A stretch of DNA of 64,000 nt from Dehalococcoidia bacterium (lineage in GTDB: Bacteria > Chloroflexota > Dehalococcoidia > Dehalococcoidales > RBG-16-60-22): positions 1,891 to 65,890 of the forward strand of contig PLLL01000092.1 of NCBI GenBank assembly GCA_003141235.1, in the 5' to 3' direction. This document shows, piece by piece, positions 36,834 to 48,002 of the stretch (the first letter of the stretch is position 1; the number at the start of each line of letters is the position of its first letter). The notes under the pieces are model-generated. The model did not search any database. It had not been told where the DNA came from and saw only the letters and a list, made by a program, of their open reading frames with translations. The translations under genes and the position numbers were made by a program.

Positions 36834-39800
36834 TTATTGATTTGCTATCGGCATTCTGATGGTGAACGTAGTACCCTGACCAACCTGGGTTTTCACAGTT
36901 ATTTTCCCGTTATGTTTCACGATAATCCCGTAGCAGATGCTCAGACCGAGCCCGGTGCCTTTACCGATTTCTTTAGTGGTGAAGAATGGGTCGAAGATAC
37001 GGGGCAGAACCTGCTTTTTAATCCCGCACCCGTTATCACTGAAAATGATATTGACGTGATTATTGACCCTCTCCGTGGTTATCGTTAGCGTACCCGGCCG
37101 TTTAGCTTCTTCGATCGCCGCTTCGGCGTTTAATATGATATTCAAGAAGACCTGCTGGAGCTGATACTTGTCCAGCTGAATCTCGGCCAGGTTATCCTGG
37201 AAATTGGTCACCACATTGATGTTCTTCATCTTGTCTTCATGTTCGCGCAGCCGCAGCACTTCTTTGACCACTTCATTTGCGGATGAGGTACCATTTTCAT
37301 AGCTGTTATTACGGGTAAACAACAGGACGTTTTTCACGATGTTGGCGGCGCGTTTGGCTTCACTATAAACACATTGCAGGTCCTCTTTTTGCTCAGCCGG
37401 CATATCACTGTTAACCAGCAGCTGGGATAAAGTAAGGATGCCGGTAAGAGGATTATTTAGTTCGTGCGCCATGCCGGCCGCCATTTCACCCAGTGAGGCC
37501 AGACGGTCACTGAGATATAGTTTATCTTCCTCTTCTCTTTCCCGTGACACATCGGAAAAGATGAGCAGCATCCGCTCGCTATCCATCTTGATGATGCCGC
37601 TGGTGATTATCTTTTCCGTGTCTTTAACCTTGTACCTGAATTCCAGCGAATGAACATCGGTATTGCCCGTCTTGATAGATGTATAAAGGTCAAAAAGCTG
37701 CTCTACACCCAGGACATCATTTAGTAATTTAGTTTCGATGATTCTCCTGCCGGTACGGAAAATCTTACGGAAAGATTCATTGGCCAGTATGATGAGGTCG
37801 GAGCTATCGGTGACCAGCACGCCCTCCGGCATGGAGGTTAAAATACTTTCGACCATCTTCTTTTGGGCCTGTAATTTAGCCTCGGTTTCTTTCTGCTCGG
37901 TGATGTCACGGTAAACGGCGATGTACGATACGAGACAGCCGTCTTCGTCAAACAGGGGGGAGCGCCGGCAATCGCAGAGGAATGTGCTGCCGTCTTTGTG
38001 CCGCTTGGTTAAAACCGCGGTCCAGGTTTTACCCAGGTTAATGGCGTTGCGGATATCTTTCCGGGATCTCTTGCTAAAAGGCACACCGTCAAAGAGACTG
38101 ATATTCTTACCCATAACTTCATCAATAGAATAGCCAAACAGGTTCTGCGCTGCTTTATTCATGTAGGTTATTTTAAAGTCCGGGTCATTAACGACGATGG
38201 AATCTGTTACCTGCTGGGTGACCGAGCTCAGCAGCCTCAGGTTTTCCTCCGCCTTTTTTCTCTCGGTAATATCGGTTATCATTACAATGCGGCACGGCTC
38301 ACCCCCGATGTTTATTTTATCCGCCGAGTAAAGACCGATACGTATCTCGCCCGACTTTATGCGCGAACTGATCTCCTGGTTATATGCTCTGCCTTCAGCC
38401 TGTAGTGTAGCTCCCCATTTTTTCAGCTCTTCCTCATTAACCCAGAAGTTGAATTCAATGGCGTTGTGACCGATTAGCTCCTCACGGGAATAGCCGGTGA
38501 AACGGGTGAAACTCTCGTTAACCTCAATAAAGAGGTTGGTTTTAAGAGAAGTGATTCCTATCGCATTAGCGCTGGCATTGAAAGCTTTAGAGAACTTTTC
38601 TTCAGAATCCTTTAACGCTTCCTCCGCTTTCTTACGCTTGGTGATATCGGTTATCACTATCATCCGGCACGGCTCACCCCCGATATTAAGTGTTTCGATT
38701 GATGACAGACCGACGCGTATCTCGCCTGACTTGCAGCGGGAACTGAATTCCTGGTTATATACCCGGCCGTCTTTCTCCAGTGCCTCCATGCCTTTTTGTT
38801 GCTCTTCTCGCTTCACCCAGAGGTTAAGTTCTCCGGCATCATGGCCGATGACCTCGTCATGGGTATAGCCGGTAAAGCGTGAGAAGCTTTCATTAGCCTC
38901 AATAAAACGGCTGTCTTTAATTCTATTGATACTGATGGCATTAGCGCTGGTATTAAAGGCTTTAAAGAACTTTTCCTTTGATTCCCGTAATGCCGACTCC
39001 ATTTTCTTGCGCTCGGTAATATCCTGCACCACGATAATCATGCGCCGTTCGCCGCCGACGTTGATTGACTCGGAGGAAAAAAGACAGGTACGAACATCAC
39101 CCGATTTCGTGCGGAAGGCGAACTCTTCGTTGTTCATGTGACCTTCGTCTCTCATGAGATGCAGCATCCGTGTACGGTCTGCCGGGTTGCCCCACATATT
39201 AAGTTTATCGGCATCGCTGCCTACTAATTCCTCCTGGGAATAACCGCTCAATTTAATATAATGGTCATTGACTTCAAGAAAGGTACCGCCGTATGAGCAG
39301 ATAGCCATGGCGTCAGAAGCAGCGCTGAACGCCTTGGAGAATTTTTCCTCTGAGTCATGTGTGGCTTTCTCCGCCTGTTTGCGGCCGGTGATATCCTGTG
39401 CGGTCATGATATATCCGTATTTTTTATCGCCCTCTTTCATCACCTGGATAGTCGTATCGACCCACACTGGCCCGCGCGGCGTCATATAAAGCAGCTCGTT
39501 CCGGGAATATCCCTGGGTACTTATTTTTTGAATTCGTTCCTGGTCTTGCCCGGGATATTCTTCCACCGGCTTAATGACATCCTTTAATTTTCGGCCGATA
39601 GCCTCGGAAGCGGTGATGCCGAATAGCTGTTCACTGATATTATTAAAATATGTGATAGTTCTGGCATTATCCACGGCGATGACGCTTTCATGGATGGATT
39701 TGAAAGCCGCATCGGAGAAACGCAGCGCCTCTTCCATCTGCTTGCGCTCGGTGATGTCCACCCAGTTTATCAGGATATATTTAACCGCTCCGTCTTGCTT

Positions 39801-41342
39801 GATAACTTTTGGAGTAAGCTCAACCCAGAAAGTCTCCCCGCTTTTCTTCCGGTAAGACATCTCTCTTTTTAGGTTGCTCATGGATGTGCCCAGTTTTACG
39901 GTGTTATTTATTTCTTCCTTTGATTCTTCCGGCCACCACGGGTACGGGGTTTTCATACCCACGACATCCGTCATGTTAAAACCGGTCAGCTTTTCAAAAG
40001 CGGGATTCACATATTTTATAGAGCTATCCGGGTTAGCCACGAATATAGGAATGGGTGTATTCGTCAGCAGGCTGGAGGTGAACTCTTCGCTTTCTTTCAG
40101 AGCGTCTTCCGCCCACTTTTGCTCGGTGATATCGGTTACCACGAGTATCATGCATAATTTACCTGAAATATTAATAATCTCGGCGGAGAACAGACCGGTG
40201 CGTATCTCTCCCGATTTCGTGCGGGAGGCAAATTGGTGGTTATCCATCCTGCCCTTTTGCATTAAAATGCTTTGCATGGTTTTCAGGTCATTTTCGTTTA
40301 GACAGAGGTTGATTTCTTTCGAGGTATGGCCGATTGTCTCTTCGCGGGTATAGCCGGTAAACCGTGAATAACTCTCGTTAATATCAATGAAAGTCTCACC
40401 TTCGATGCTAACGATACAAATCGGGTTGGGGCTGGCCTGAAATACTTTAGAGAAGGTTTGCTCTGACTCACGCAGCGCTGCTTCGTTCTTTCGGCGCTCG
40501 GTGACGTTGCTAACAAGGGAAACGGTACCATCTATCTTCCCGTCTTTTTTAATGATGGCAGAATTCACATCTACAATAATTTTATTCCCATCTTTGTCTT
40601 TGGTCTCTAATTCTTGATGATAGTTTGTAATTTTCCCCCTGAGTATATCGCTGAATGATATAATCAGGTGCGGCAAGTCCTTAATTGAAAGTATGCCAAG
40701 TTTGGAAAAGTGTTTCCCAATAAGGTACTCACGGTTATAGCCGAAGAAATTTTTAACTTGTGGATTTGCTTCGATAATCCTGCCGGATTTATCAATACGG
40801 ATAATTACTTCATTAATATTGTCAAAAATTGTCTTATACTTATCTTCACTTTCGCGCCGCGCTTCCTCCGCCTGTTTTTGACTGGTGATATCATGGATGA
40901 TGCAAATAACCCCGTCCATTTTGCCGTCTTTTTTTACAATGGAAGAATATAATTTAATTAAAATCTTATGGCCGTTTTTATCTATGGCCTCTAATTCATC
41001 CGAATAGGTGTTAATCTTGCCCTTGACGGCATCGCTGAATAGTTTCATCAGCTTGGGCAGTTCCTTCATGCTGAAAACACCAAGCATGGCAAAATGTTTG
41101 CCGATTATCTCTTCACGTTTGTGGCCGAAGCAATCCTCCGCTTTTGCATTTGTTTCAATTATCTTTCCGTATTTATTAAGACGGACAATTACGGCGTTAA
41201 CATTATCAAAAATCGTCTTTAAACTATCGTCGCTCTCGCCGGACGACTCCTCGATATAAACAACTTTTTTCGGGTGGCCGTTATCCGGCTCCCGGTCTTC
41301 AGCAAGAAGGTCTTTTTCAATCTCGGGTGGGTTGCTTTCCAT
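36834..41342 (-). CDS. sensor histidine kinase with about ten tandem PAS domains
   Basis: 1502 aa. The PAS module ending ...DITERK/DITEQK/DITGRK recurs throughout. H-box [12 protein letters not shown], ATPase DNGCGI...GTGLGLS. Confidence 0.9.
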   Translation of the reverse strand: MESNPPEIEKDLLAEDREPDNGHPKKVVYIEESSGESDDSLKTIFDNVNAVIVRLNKYGKIIETNAKAEDCFGHKREEIIGKHFAMLGVFSMKELPKLMKLFSDAVKGKINTYSDELEAIDKNGHKILIKLYSSIVKKDGKMDGVICIIHDITSQKQAEEARRESEDKYKTIFDNINEVIIRIDKSGRIIEANPQVKNFFGYNREYLIGKHFSKLGILSIKDLPHLIISFSDILRGKITNYHQELETKDKDGNKIIVDVNSAIIKKDGKIDGTVSLVSNVTERRKNEAALRESEQTFSKVFQASPNPICIVSIEGETFIDINESYSRFTGYTREETIGHTSKEINLCLNENDLKTMQSILMQKGRMDNHQFASRTKSGEIRTGLFSAEIINISGKLCMILVVTDITEQKWAEDALKESEEFTSSLLTNTPIPIFVANPDSSIKYVNPAFEKLTGFNMTDVVGMKTPYPWWPEESKEEINNTVKLGTSMSNLKREMSYRKKSGETFWVELTPKVIKQDGAVKYILINWVDITERKQMEEALRFSDAAFKSIHESVIAVDNARTITYFNNISEQLFGITASEAIGRKLKDVIKPVEEYPGQDQERIQKISTQGYSRNELLYMTPRGPVWVDTTIQVMKEGDKKYGYIMTAQDITGRKQAEKATHDSEEKFSKAFSAASDAMAICSYGGTFLEVNDHYIKLSGYSQEELVGSDADKLNMWGNPADRTRMLHLMRDEGHMNNEEFAFRTKSGDVRTCLFSSESINVGGERRMIIVVQDITERKKMESALRESKEKFFKAFNTSANAISINRIKDSRFIEANESFSRFTGYTHDEVIGHDAGELNLWVKREEQQKGMEALEKDGRVYNQEFSSRCKSGEIRVGLSSIETLNIGGEPCRMIVITDITKRKKAEEALKDSEEKFSKAFNASANAIGITSLKTNLFIEVNESFTRFTGYSREELIGHNAIEFNFWVNEEELKKWGATLQAEGRAYNQEISSRIKSGEIRIGLYSADKINIGGEPCRIVMITDITERKKAEENLRLLSSVTQQVTDSIVVNDPDFKITYMNKAAQNLFGYSIDEVMGKNISLFDGVPFSKRSRKDIRNAINLGKTWTAVLTKRHKDGSTFLCDCRRSPLFDEDGCLVSYIAVYRDITEQKETEAKLQAQKKMVESILTSMPEGVLVTDSSDLIILANESFRKIFRTGRRIIETKLLNDVLGVEQLFDLYTSIKTGNTDVHSLEFRYKVKDTEKIITSGIIKMDSERMLLIFSDVSREREEEDKLYLSDRLASLGEMAAGMAHELNNPLTGILTLSQLLVNSDMPAEQKEDLQCVYSEAKRAANIVKNVLLFTRNNSYENGTSSANEVVKEVLRLREHEDKMKNINVVTNFQDNLAEIQLDKYQLQQVFLNIILNAEAAIEEAKRPGTLTITTERVNNHVNIIFSDNGCGIKKQVLPRIFDPFFTTKEIGKGTGLGLSICYGIIVKHNGKITVKTQVGQGTTFTIRMPIANQ

Positions 41343-41590
41343 ATTTGCACCGCCTTATTTGAATGTGGAAGTTGAGGTCCATCTCACACCTTGCGCCCTT
41401 CGGAATTTCACTGTATGGAGAAAATGTACTATTACTTAAGGTAAAAATTGATAAACATTCAGGTTTCATATGTAAAAAATTCGTAAACAACTCACTTTAA
41501 CTCCGGCGGCAAGGCTATTTTTTGACAACGTTTCCTCCCCGGCGGATAATTAGCTTGTTCCTTAAAGCCTGCTAAGGGGAGCGATTTAGG

Positions 41591-42034
41591 ATGGCTGAAT
41601 CTACAGAAAATAAGAGCCGGTGGTATCCTGACCATCCCTGGGTGGGGGTGGGAGTGGTGGTTATCCGGGACGGGCGGCTACTAACAGTAAAGCGCGGTAA
41701 AGAGCCCAATAAAGGGAAATGGAGCATTCCGGGGGGCGGGGTAGAGCTGGGAGAGACTGTTTACGAAGCAGCCGTGCGCGAAACTCTTGAAGAATGTTCG
41801 CTACATGTTGAGATATTGAAAGTCATTGATACCGCGGATAACATCGTGCAGGATGATAGCGGCCGTATAAAGTATCACTTTACCATCATCGACCTGCTCG
41901 GCAGGTATGTAAGCGGGGAGGTTAAAGCGCAATCGGACGCCGCAGAGTGCCGCTGGGTGGTTTTAGAAGAGATAGAGAGTCTGGATATTACCGCCATACT
42001 GCGTGAAATGCTGAAGCGGAACGGGATTATCTAA
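41591..42034 (+). CDS. NUDIX hydrolase
   Basis: Nudix box GGGVELGETVYEAAVRETLEECSL. Confidence 0.9.
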   Translation: MAESTENKSRWYPDHPWVGVGVVVIRDGRLLTVKRGKEPNKGKWSIPGGGVELGETVYEAAVRETLEECSLHVEILKVIDTADNIVQDDSGRIKYHFTIIDLLGRYVSGEVKAQSDAAECRWVVLEEIESLDITAILREMLKRNGII

Positions 42035-42882
42035 AACTCATCCAGTAAGGCTCCGATCCTCATCGGGTCGATGGGCTGTTTCACCAGCGGCATTGCTTTA
42101 AGCTGCGGGAGCTGTTCTTCAAAAACCGGCCGTTCCTGCCGGTAGATAATCCCAATCGGTATCCGCTCGCCCCACTCCTGCGCTTTGATAAGTGCGGCGG
42201 CTTTATCGGCGTGATTGTAGCCTTCACTTTCTACCTTATAGACTCGCTCTTTATACCATGCGAAGGTATTGGTGTGGTTGAAAGAGACGCAGGGCTGCAG
42301 GATGTCGATGAGCGCAAAACCGCGGTGCTGTATCCCCGCCTGTATCAGCCCGCTCAGGTGCTCGATGTCCCCGGCAAAGCCTCTCGCCAGAAAGCTGATA
42401 TCCGAAGCCAGCGCCAGCATCAGGGGATTTAGCGGGAGGCCGGCCCCGTTCGGCGTGGTCTTGGTGATAAAACCTGTATCGCTGGTGGGTGAGGCCTGTC
42501 CCTTGGTCAGCCCGTAGACCTGGTTATTGTGCACCAGGTAGGTCATATCGATATTTCGGCGACTCGCCGCCAGTAAGTGGCCGACGCCCTCGCCGTAAGC
42601 GCCGCCGTCGCCGTCGATGCCGATGACGGTCAGGTCGTGGTTGGCGATTTTCGCGCCGGTAGCCGCGGGTAAAGTGCGGCCGTGCAGACCGTTGAAGAGA
42701 TTGCCCCTGGTATAGTGAGGCAGCTTGGGCGCCTGCCCGATGCCGGAGACGAAAAGCACGCGTTGCGGCTCCAGATTCAGCGCTACCAGCGCTTTTTTTA
42801 CCGCCTGGAGTATGCCGAAGTTGCCGCAGCCCGGGCACCAGGCTATGGGTACCGTTGACGCATAATCGTTAAGCGTTACCAT
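42031..42882 (-). CDS. 2-oxoacid:ferredoxin oxidoreductase beta (TPP-binding) subunit
   Basis: WCPGCGNFGIL...GDGGAYGEG is typical of kor/oor-type beta subunits. The substrate is not assignable from sequence. Confidence 0.85.
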   Translation of the reverse strand: MVTLNDYASTVPIAWCPGCGNFGILQAVKKALVALNLEPQRVLFVSGIGQAPKLPHYTRGNLFNGLHGRTLPAATGAKIANHDLTVIGIDGDGGAYGEGVGHLLAASRRNIDMTYLVHNNQVYGLTKGQASPTSDTGFITKTTPNGAGLPLNPLMLALASDISFLARGFAGDIEHLSGLIQAGIQHRGFALIDILQPCVSFNHTNTFAWYKERVYKVESEGYNHADKAAALIKAQEWGERIPIGIIYRQERPVFEEQLPQLKAMPLVKQPIDPMRIGALLDEF

Positions 42883-44609
42883 GCCTTGACCTCCTCGTGC
42901 AGACGGCTGATAATCTCTGCCGGGGAAAAGGGGCGGCCATCGTATTTCAATATCGAGGCATCCGCTTTAATACCTGTCTCGCGCCGGATTAATCCGGCCA
43001 TCTGCGCCGTGGCGTTACCCTCAATAACGATGTTTTGCTTGCTTTTACCCAGCGCCACTGCTACAGACTCCGCCGGGAAGGGCCAGATTTCGCTTAAGTG
43101 GAGGGTATTAACCGGATGTCCGTCTTGTTTAAGGATATAGGCGGCCTCGCTTATCGCGCCGTAAGTGCTGCCCCACCCGATGAGCGTTGCCCCGGCGCCG
43201 GGTGAAGTTTTAAGCTCCGGCCCTGCAATCTCGCGGCGGAGGCCGGTTAACTTGCGCAGTCTTTTCTGGACCTGCATATTGCGGGTAGCGGCGTCTTCTA
43301 TCATGTGTCCGGCTTCATCGTGCTCATCAGAGTCGGTCACCACCAGCGCCTTGCCCTGCCCCGGCAGCGCCCGCGGTGAAATACCGGAGGCTGTTACCAG
43401 ATGTCTTTTATAATCTTTCATTTTACTGACTTCTGTATCTGAGAGAAGCTCACCACGGTCGATTTTAACCTGACTCAAGTCGAACCTGTTGACGGTGGTG
43501 TAAGAGCTGGCCAGGTGATGGTCGGTCAGAATAATCACCGGCGTCTGGTACTTTTCAGCCAGGTTGAACGCTTTAATGGCGGCGTAAAAGGCTTCTGCGG
43601 CGGTAGACGGCGCCAGTACCGCGCGCGGGAACTCGCCGTGTCCGGCGTGCAGGGCGAACCAGAGCTCCGCCTGCTCCGTCCGGGTGGGAAGCCCCGTTGC
43701 CGGGCCGGGGCGCTGCCCCAGTACCGCCACTACCGGCGTCTCGGTCATGCCCGCCAGGGCCAGTGCCTCGACCATGAGGGCGAAACCTCCTCCCGATGTC
43801 GCCACCATGGCCCGGACGCCTGTGTAGCCGGCGCCCACGGCCATATTCATGGCGGATATTTCGTCTTCTACGTGCACCATGACGACGCCGTATTGCCTGC
43901 CTTTATCGGCGATGTATTCCAGGATGGAACTTGAAGGCGTCATCGGATATCCGGCGACGAACTTGCAGCCGCCGGCCATCGCGCCGAGACATAAAGCATC
44001 GTTGCCGTTAAGCAGCAGCCTGTGCAGGTTCCCGATTTTTGGCTGCAGTGAGGGAATATTCAGGCCTGCGCCGCGCTCCCGCGCGAGCTTATATCCGGCC
44101 CAGGCCGCGGTAATATTGTCGTTAACTATCTTTTCACCGTGCCGCGCAAATTCGCTTTTCAGGATAAACGCCAGCAGGTCGAAATCGTAGCCGATTAAGC
44201 CAAAAGCTGCCCCGGCGGCCACGGTATTGGCCATGAGCTTGTTTTTAACCGTGTCTTCAGCCAGTTTTAAGAGCGGGATGTTGATGTATTTTTTACTGTC
44301 AGCCGGAGTTTTTATCTGCTCCCCGTCGTAAATAATGACTCCACCGGTTTTTAGCTCTTTCTCGTGCAGGTCTATCGTCTCGCGGTTGAGCGCCACCAGT
44401 ATATCCAGTTCCGGCGAAAAAGCCAGCACCTCGCTGTCTTTTACCCTGACCCGGAAAAAGTTATGCCCGCCCCTTACGCGGCTCTCATAGTCCTGGTCGG
44501 CAAACACATGAAAATCGCCGTAGGCAAATGTTTTCGCCAGTATCATGCCCACGGACTGTACGCCTTGCCCCGCCTCCCCCCCGACCAGAATATTAAAATC
44601 GACTGCCAT
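42876..44609 (-). CDS. 2-oxoacid:ferredoxin oxidoreductase alpha subunit with fused gamma domain
   Basis: The N-terminal ILVGGEAGQGVQSVG (gamma-type) is followed by an alpha domain (GYPMTPSS...). 577 aa, overlapping the beta gene by 7 nt. Confidence 0.85.
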   Translation of the reverse strand: MAVDFNILVGGEAGQGVQSVGMILAKTFAYGDFHVFADQDYESRVRGGHNFFRVRVKDSEVLAFSPELDILVALNRETIDLHEKELKTGGVIIYDGEQIKTPADSKKYINIPLLKLAEDTVKNKLMANTVAAGAAFGLIGYDFDLLAFILKSEFARHGEKIVNDNITAAWAGYKLARERGAGLNIPSLQPKIGNLHRLLLNGNDALCLGAMAGGCKFVAGYPMTPSSSILEYIADKGRQYGVVMVHVEDEISAMNMAVGAGYTGVRAMVATSGGGFALMVEALALAGMTETPVVAVLGQRPGPATGLPTRTEQAELWFALHAGHGEFPRAVLAPSTAAEAFYAAIKAFNLAEKYQTPVIILTDHHLASSYTTVNRFDLSQVKIDRGELLSDTEVSKMKDYKRHLVTASGISPRALPGQGKALVVTDSDEHDEAGHMIEDAATRNMQVQKRLRKLTGLRREIAGPELKTSPGAGATLIGWGSTYGAISEAAYILKQDGHPVNTLHLSEIWPFPAESVAVALGKSKQNIVIEGNATAQMAGLIRRETGIKADASILKYDGRPFSPAEIISRLHEEVKAW

Positions 44610-44718
44610 TTTGCCGCCTCGCTCCAGACTGGAACGCTATTGACCTATTTTATATTTTAATGGCGGGCAGCCGATTTTAATGTAATCTATGTCACGTTTA
44701 AGCCGGTGTAATTTTCAA

Positions 44719-46071
44719 TTACTTTTCTTCTTCTATGTCTTTTACCCTCTCCGCAATTCCGTGCCGATTGAAAAGGAGGCTGAAAGCGCTTAATTTAGGC
44801 ACATTACGCACTTCATGGAGAGTACGCAGCAGCAGAATCACGATGACAGCCCGCAGGACACCGGAAATGGTAAACAGCGTGCGCATCTGATAGCCAAGAA
44901 AATGCGGAAGATGTGGAATCAGATAACCGCCGACCAGAGCGCCGAGACAAATAGCGAGCCATACAATCGAGTTAAACACCGCTAACTGTTTTGTCCGATT
45001 GCCGGGTTCTGAGGCATCATAGACAAAGTTGACAGTAGACAGGGTGAATCCAGACCAGGTAATCCCGCTGAAAATATTGGCGCAGACTAAAAACACAGGA
45101 TTGGCGCTGATAAGCCAGAGCAGCGACACAAAAGGCATCATACATGACGTTATCCGGACTATTTTAATGTTGCCGGCACGGTCAGCCCGGCGGCCCCAGA
45201 ACGGCAGGAAAAGGATGTTGGCTACGATAGTGGCCGAGACAACAATAGTAAAAGACAGGTAATTAAAATGCAGGTCCCGCAGCATAAAGACAGAGAAAAA
45301 CGGGCCGGCTATCATCGTGCCGAAGTACATCAGTGCTATGAACACCATATATCTGCCCAGGTTCGAGGCGCCCAGGGCCTTTACTATTTGAATCACGCTC
45401 GGCGCATTTTCCCGTTCACGGGTGACGGGCGGTTCATACATCCGTGAGACAAAGAAAAATGAGAACAAGCGGAAGACCGTCGCCCCGCCGAAGAGGATAG
45501 CAAAGCCGAAGAACACATTACCGGTGTAAATCTGGAGTATCCCGCCGGCGAGGAGAGAGAAAACCAGCGTGATGAAAACAGCAATTCTTCCCCGGAAGCT
45601 GAAATACCGGCCCCTTAGCTCCTCGGGCACCAGGTCCGCCATCATACTCCCCCAGGGAGGAAAAGAAAGGGAATCGGCAACATAGCAGATGGTAACCAGC
45701 CCGATGAGCCACCATACCCCTGCGGAGCGGAAAAAATAAGGAATAAGAAAAACGGGCAGCCACATCAGGGCATGGATGAAAATTGCCGGCAATATCATGC
45801 GCTTGCGGCTGCCGGCCCACTTGGCCAGACCGGGCGCAGCCAGCTGTGTGAACGCGGTAGCAATACCGGGAATGCTGGATAGAAAGCCTATTTGCATGGT
45901 GGTGGCTTGCAGCACCAGGGCGAAGGGGGTAGTAAAGTTCTGCGTGAGGCCCAGCATAGCGGCATAAGCGCTGCCGTCCAGCACGCTCAATTTTAAACTT
46001 TTTCTTACCCTTTGTCTTGACTGGTAGTTATGGTTTAGATGCCCGGAGGCATCCTGATTATTGTTTACCAT
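44719..46071 (-). CDS. MFS transporter
   Basis: 450 aa with 12 predicted TM helices and an MFS loop motif (GRRADRAGN). Confidence 0.8.
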   Translation of the reverse strand: MVNNNQDASGHLNHNYQSRQRVRKSLKLSVLDGSAYAAMLGLTQNFTTPFALVLQATTMQIGFLSSIPGIATAFTQLAAPGLAKWAGSRKRMILPAIFIHALMWLPVFLIPYFFRSAGVWWLIGLVTICYVADSLSFPPWGSMMADLVPEELRGRYFSFRGRIAVFITLVFSLLAGGILQIYTGNVFFGFAILFGGATVFRLFSFFFVSRMYEPPVTRERENAPSVIQIVKALGASNLGRYMVFIALMYFGTMIAGPFFSVFMLRDLHFNYLSFTIVVSATIVANILFLPFWGRRADRAGNIKIVRITSCMMPFVSLLWLISANPVFLVCANIFSGITWSGFTLSTVNFVYDASEPGNRTKQLAVFNSIVWLAICLGALVGGYLIPHLPHFLGYQMRTLFTISGVLRAVIVILLLRTLHEVRNVPKLSAFSLLFNRHGIAERVKDIEEEK

Positions 46072-46093
46072 ATATTCCTCTTATACAATAATT

Positions 46094-46120
46094 AAGCCCG
46101 GGGTTTTTTCTCCCGGGCTT
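46094..46120 (-). other. strong hairpin in the MFS 5' leader (terminator-like)
   Basis: AAGCCCGGG(46094-102)/CCCGGGCTT(46112-120). On the minus strand it is followed by AAUUAUUGUAUAAGAGG and then the ATG 23 nt later. Confidence 0.45.
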
Positions 46121-46288
46121 GAAGTGTATTCTGCGCTGAAACTGAAGTTAAGTCGTTAATGAGCAAAAGGCACACCAAGCCCCTGGCATAATGCCGCTGT
46201 GGACAGCATTAATAAACCTGTTCGGTTTCTGGGTCAGTGTGTACATTAAGCTTACCGTTTCTTTTGATGAAGATTGACCTATTGTATT

Positions 46289-46307
46289 ACAAGCTGAGAT
46301 AGCTTGT
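46289..46307. promoter_or_regulatory. perfect 7-bp inverted repeat, operator candidate
   Basis: ACAAGCT-GAGAT-AGCTTGT overlaps a TTGACA (minus strand) about 220 nt upstream of the MFS start. Confidence 0.4.
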
Positions 46308-46395
46308 CAACACCGTGTCCGGCTCTGCTTAAAATAGATACAAACAGAAAAAACCCATGCCGGGTATGATGATAGCGGTTGCAGGTATGACCGCG

Positions 46396-47889
46396 CTATT
46401 GAAATATCTTCGACCATCTGTAAAAGACGTGCTCGGCGTCTTTCCCCCTGATGGAATGGCCGAGGTGCTGGCTGGTCTGGCTTTCCGGGTAGAACGTATC
46501 CAGCCACCAGTAGCCGTAAGATATTATACCGGTGATATTCGTAGCGGTATTTTTATACAGAGCCCTGAACAAACCTTCGTACACCAGCGCCTGTATCTTC
46601 CAGTCGCGCTGGTACATTCCTTCAGGATAACTCGTGCCCGGCTCAATCCACCCTTTTTGCATCGCCCCGGCATAGCTCGGCATCAGGATATGCAGGAATG
46701 TCTCTTTATCGGCAATCTTTTTAAAACCGGGTTCGCGGAGGACGTTCGTCCACGCCGCCTCGATAGATTCAATGGTTTCATCTGAGTTGCTGAAAACATG
46801 CTGCACGGAACAACTGACGAGTATACAATCAAGTTGCTTGTAGAACGTGAAAACACTATTATCCAGGAACCATATCCCCTGGGGATAGATATCCCACCAG
46901 ACGGCCAGTTTGCCGTGGTAGTTTTTCGCCGCTTCGGCGACCAGCGTGGTATAAAGCTGATTCAGGTGTTCGGTCGGCTCAAATGCATTAAAGTGAGTGT
47001 CCCCGGGATTGATGATGAAGTAGTCCACGCCGGCCTTTTCCGCTTTAGCCGCCTGCTGGCCTATCAGATTTTTCCATTGCGCGAAAAGCTTATCCAGAGC
47101 TTCCGGTGAAGGATTTACGATTTTATCTTTTACCGGCTGGTCGGCCATGAGGTTGGTAATAAACATCACCTTCTGGCCGTTTTGCTTCGCCCTTTCCGCT
47201 ATCTGCTTGAGCTCGTTTTGCCCCATCGTATGCGCTCCGCTCGGCATCGGCTCATAAACGATGGACAGGTCATCCTTAAGCACGGCGAAGTCGGTGACCA
47301 TCACCAGTTCGCTGCCTATTTCCTTCACCCGCTCCATAGAAGCATCGACATAGTACCGGTTGTCTTCCCCATTAGACCGTCCCCAAAGGTCTTGCATACC
47401 GACGCCGAACGCCAGCGATTTTTGGGTAGCGGGAAAAGCGCCGCTGATGTAGTCGAGAGTCTGCGGCTGATAATGCTTCCCCGCTTTCTGGATGGTCGGC
47501 AGATGGTCCGGCAGGGCGGGCGTGGCGGCGGCCTTTTCGCGTATGCAAAGGTCGCGGCAGGGGCCTTCGGGCAGGAGCGAGCAATCCGGGAAATAGTACC
47601 AGGAAAGGATGCCTGATTTATAGTCTTCACAAAGTGCTTCCATACCGGGCGGCGGATTGTCGCAAAGCGCGTCAAAGCAGCTGAGGGACGCTGTAGACGC
47701 AACGCTGGAAACCGGGGTAGTGCTCTGGCCGGGCTTGGTGGCAGCCGCCGGCGAGGTTTTAGCAGGCGCGGTTGTAGTCTGATACGGGGATGGGGATAGG
47801 GATGTTTTGCCGACAGGAGTACAACTGATTTCGAGAGATAAGACAATGAAAATCAGAACGGCAGAGAGAATCGGCCAAAACTTCCTCAT
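46396..47889 (-). CDS. secreted or lipoprotein candidate with S/T/P linker, Cys-rich module and possible TIM-barrel hydrolase-like domain
   Basis: Signal peptide MRKFWPILSAVLIFIVLSLEISC, a low-complexity PSPYQTTTAPAKTSPAAATKPGQSTTP stretch and a six-Cys segment. I do not recognise the rest confidently. Confidence 0.55.
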   Translation of the reverse strand: MRKFWPILSAVLIFIVLSLEISCTPVGKTSLSPSPYQTTTAPAKTSPAAATKPGQSTTPVSSVASTASLSCFDALCDNPPPGMEALCEDYKSGILSWYYFPDCSLLPEGPCRDLCIREKAAATPALPDHLPTIQKAGKHYQPQTLDYISGAFPATQKSLAFGVGMQDLWGRSNGEDNRYYVDASMERVKEIGSELVMVTDFAVLKDDLSIVYEPMPSGAHTMGQNELKQIAERAKQNGQKVMFITNLMADQPVKDKIVNPSPEALDKLFAQWKNLIGQQAAKAEKAGVDYFIINPGDTHFNAFEPTEHLNQLYTTLVAEAAKNYHGKLAVWWDIYPQGIWFLDNSVFTFYKQLDCILVSCSVQHVFSNSDETIESIEAAWTNVLREPGFKKIADKETFLHILMPSYAGAMQKGWIEPGTSYPEGMYQRDWKIQALVYEGLFRALYKNTATNITGIISYGYWWLDTFYPESQTSQHLGHSIRGKDAEHVFYRWSKIFQ

Positions 47890-48002
47890 TTAAAAAATAT
47901 CTTAGCAGATTTACGCAGCGGTTACAAAATATACTTTCGCCGTATATCGCCCGGATATTTGATAGATGTACGGTTATTGAGTTACTATTAAACAAAAAGA
48001 AA

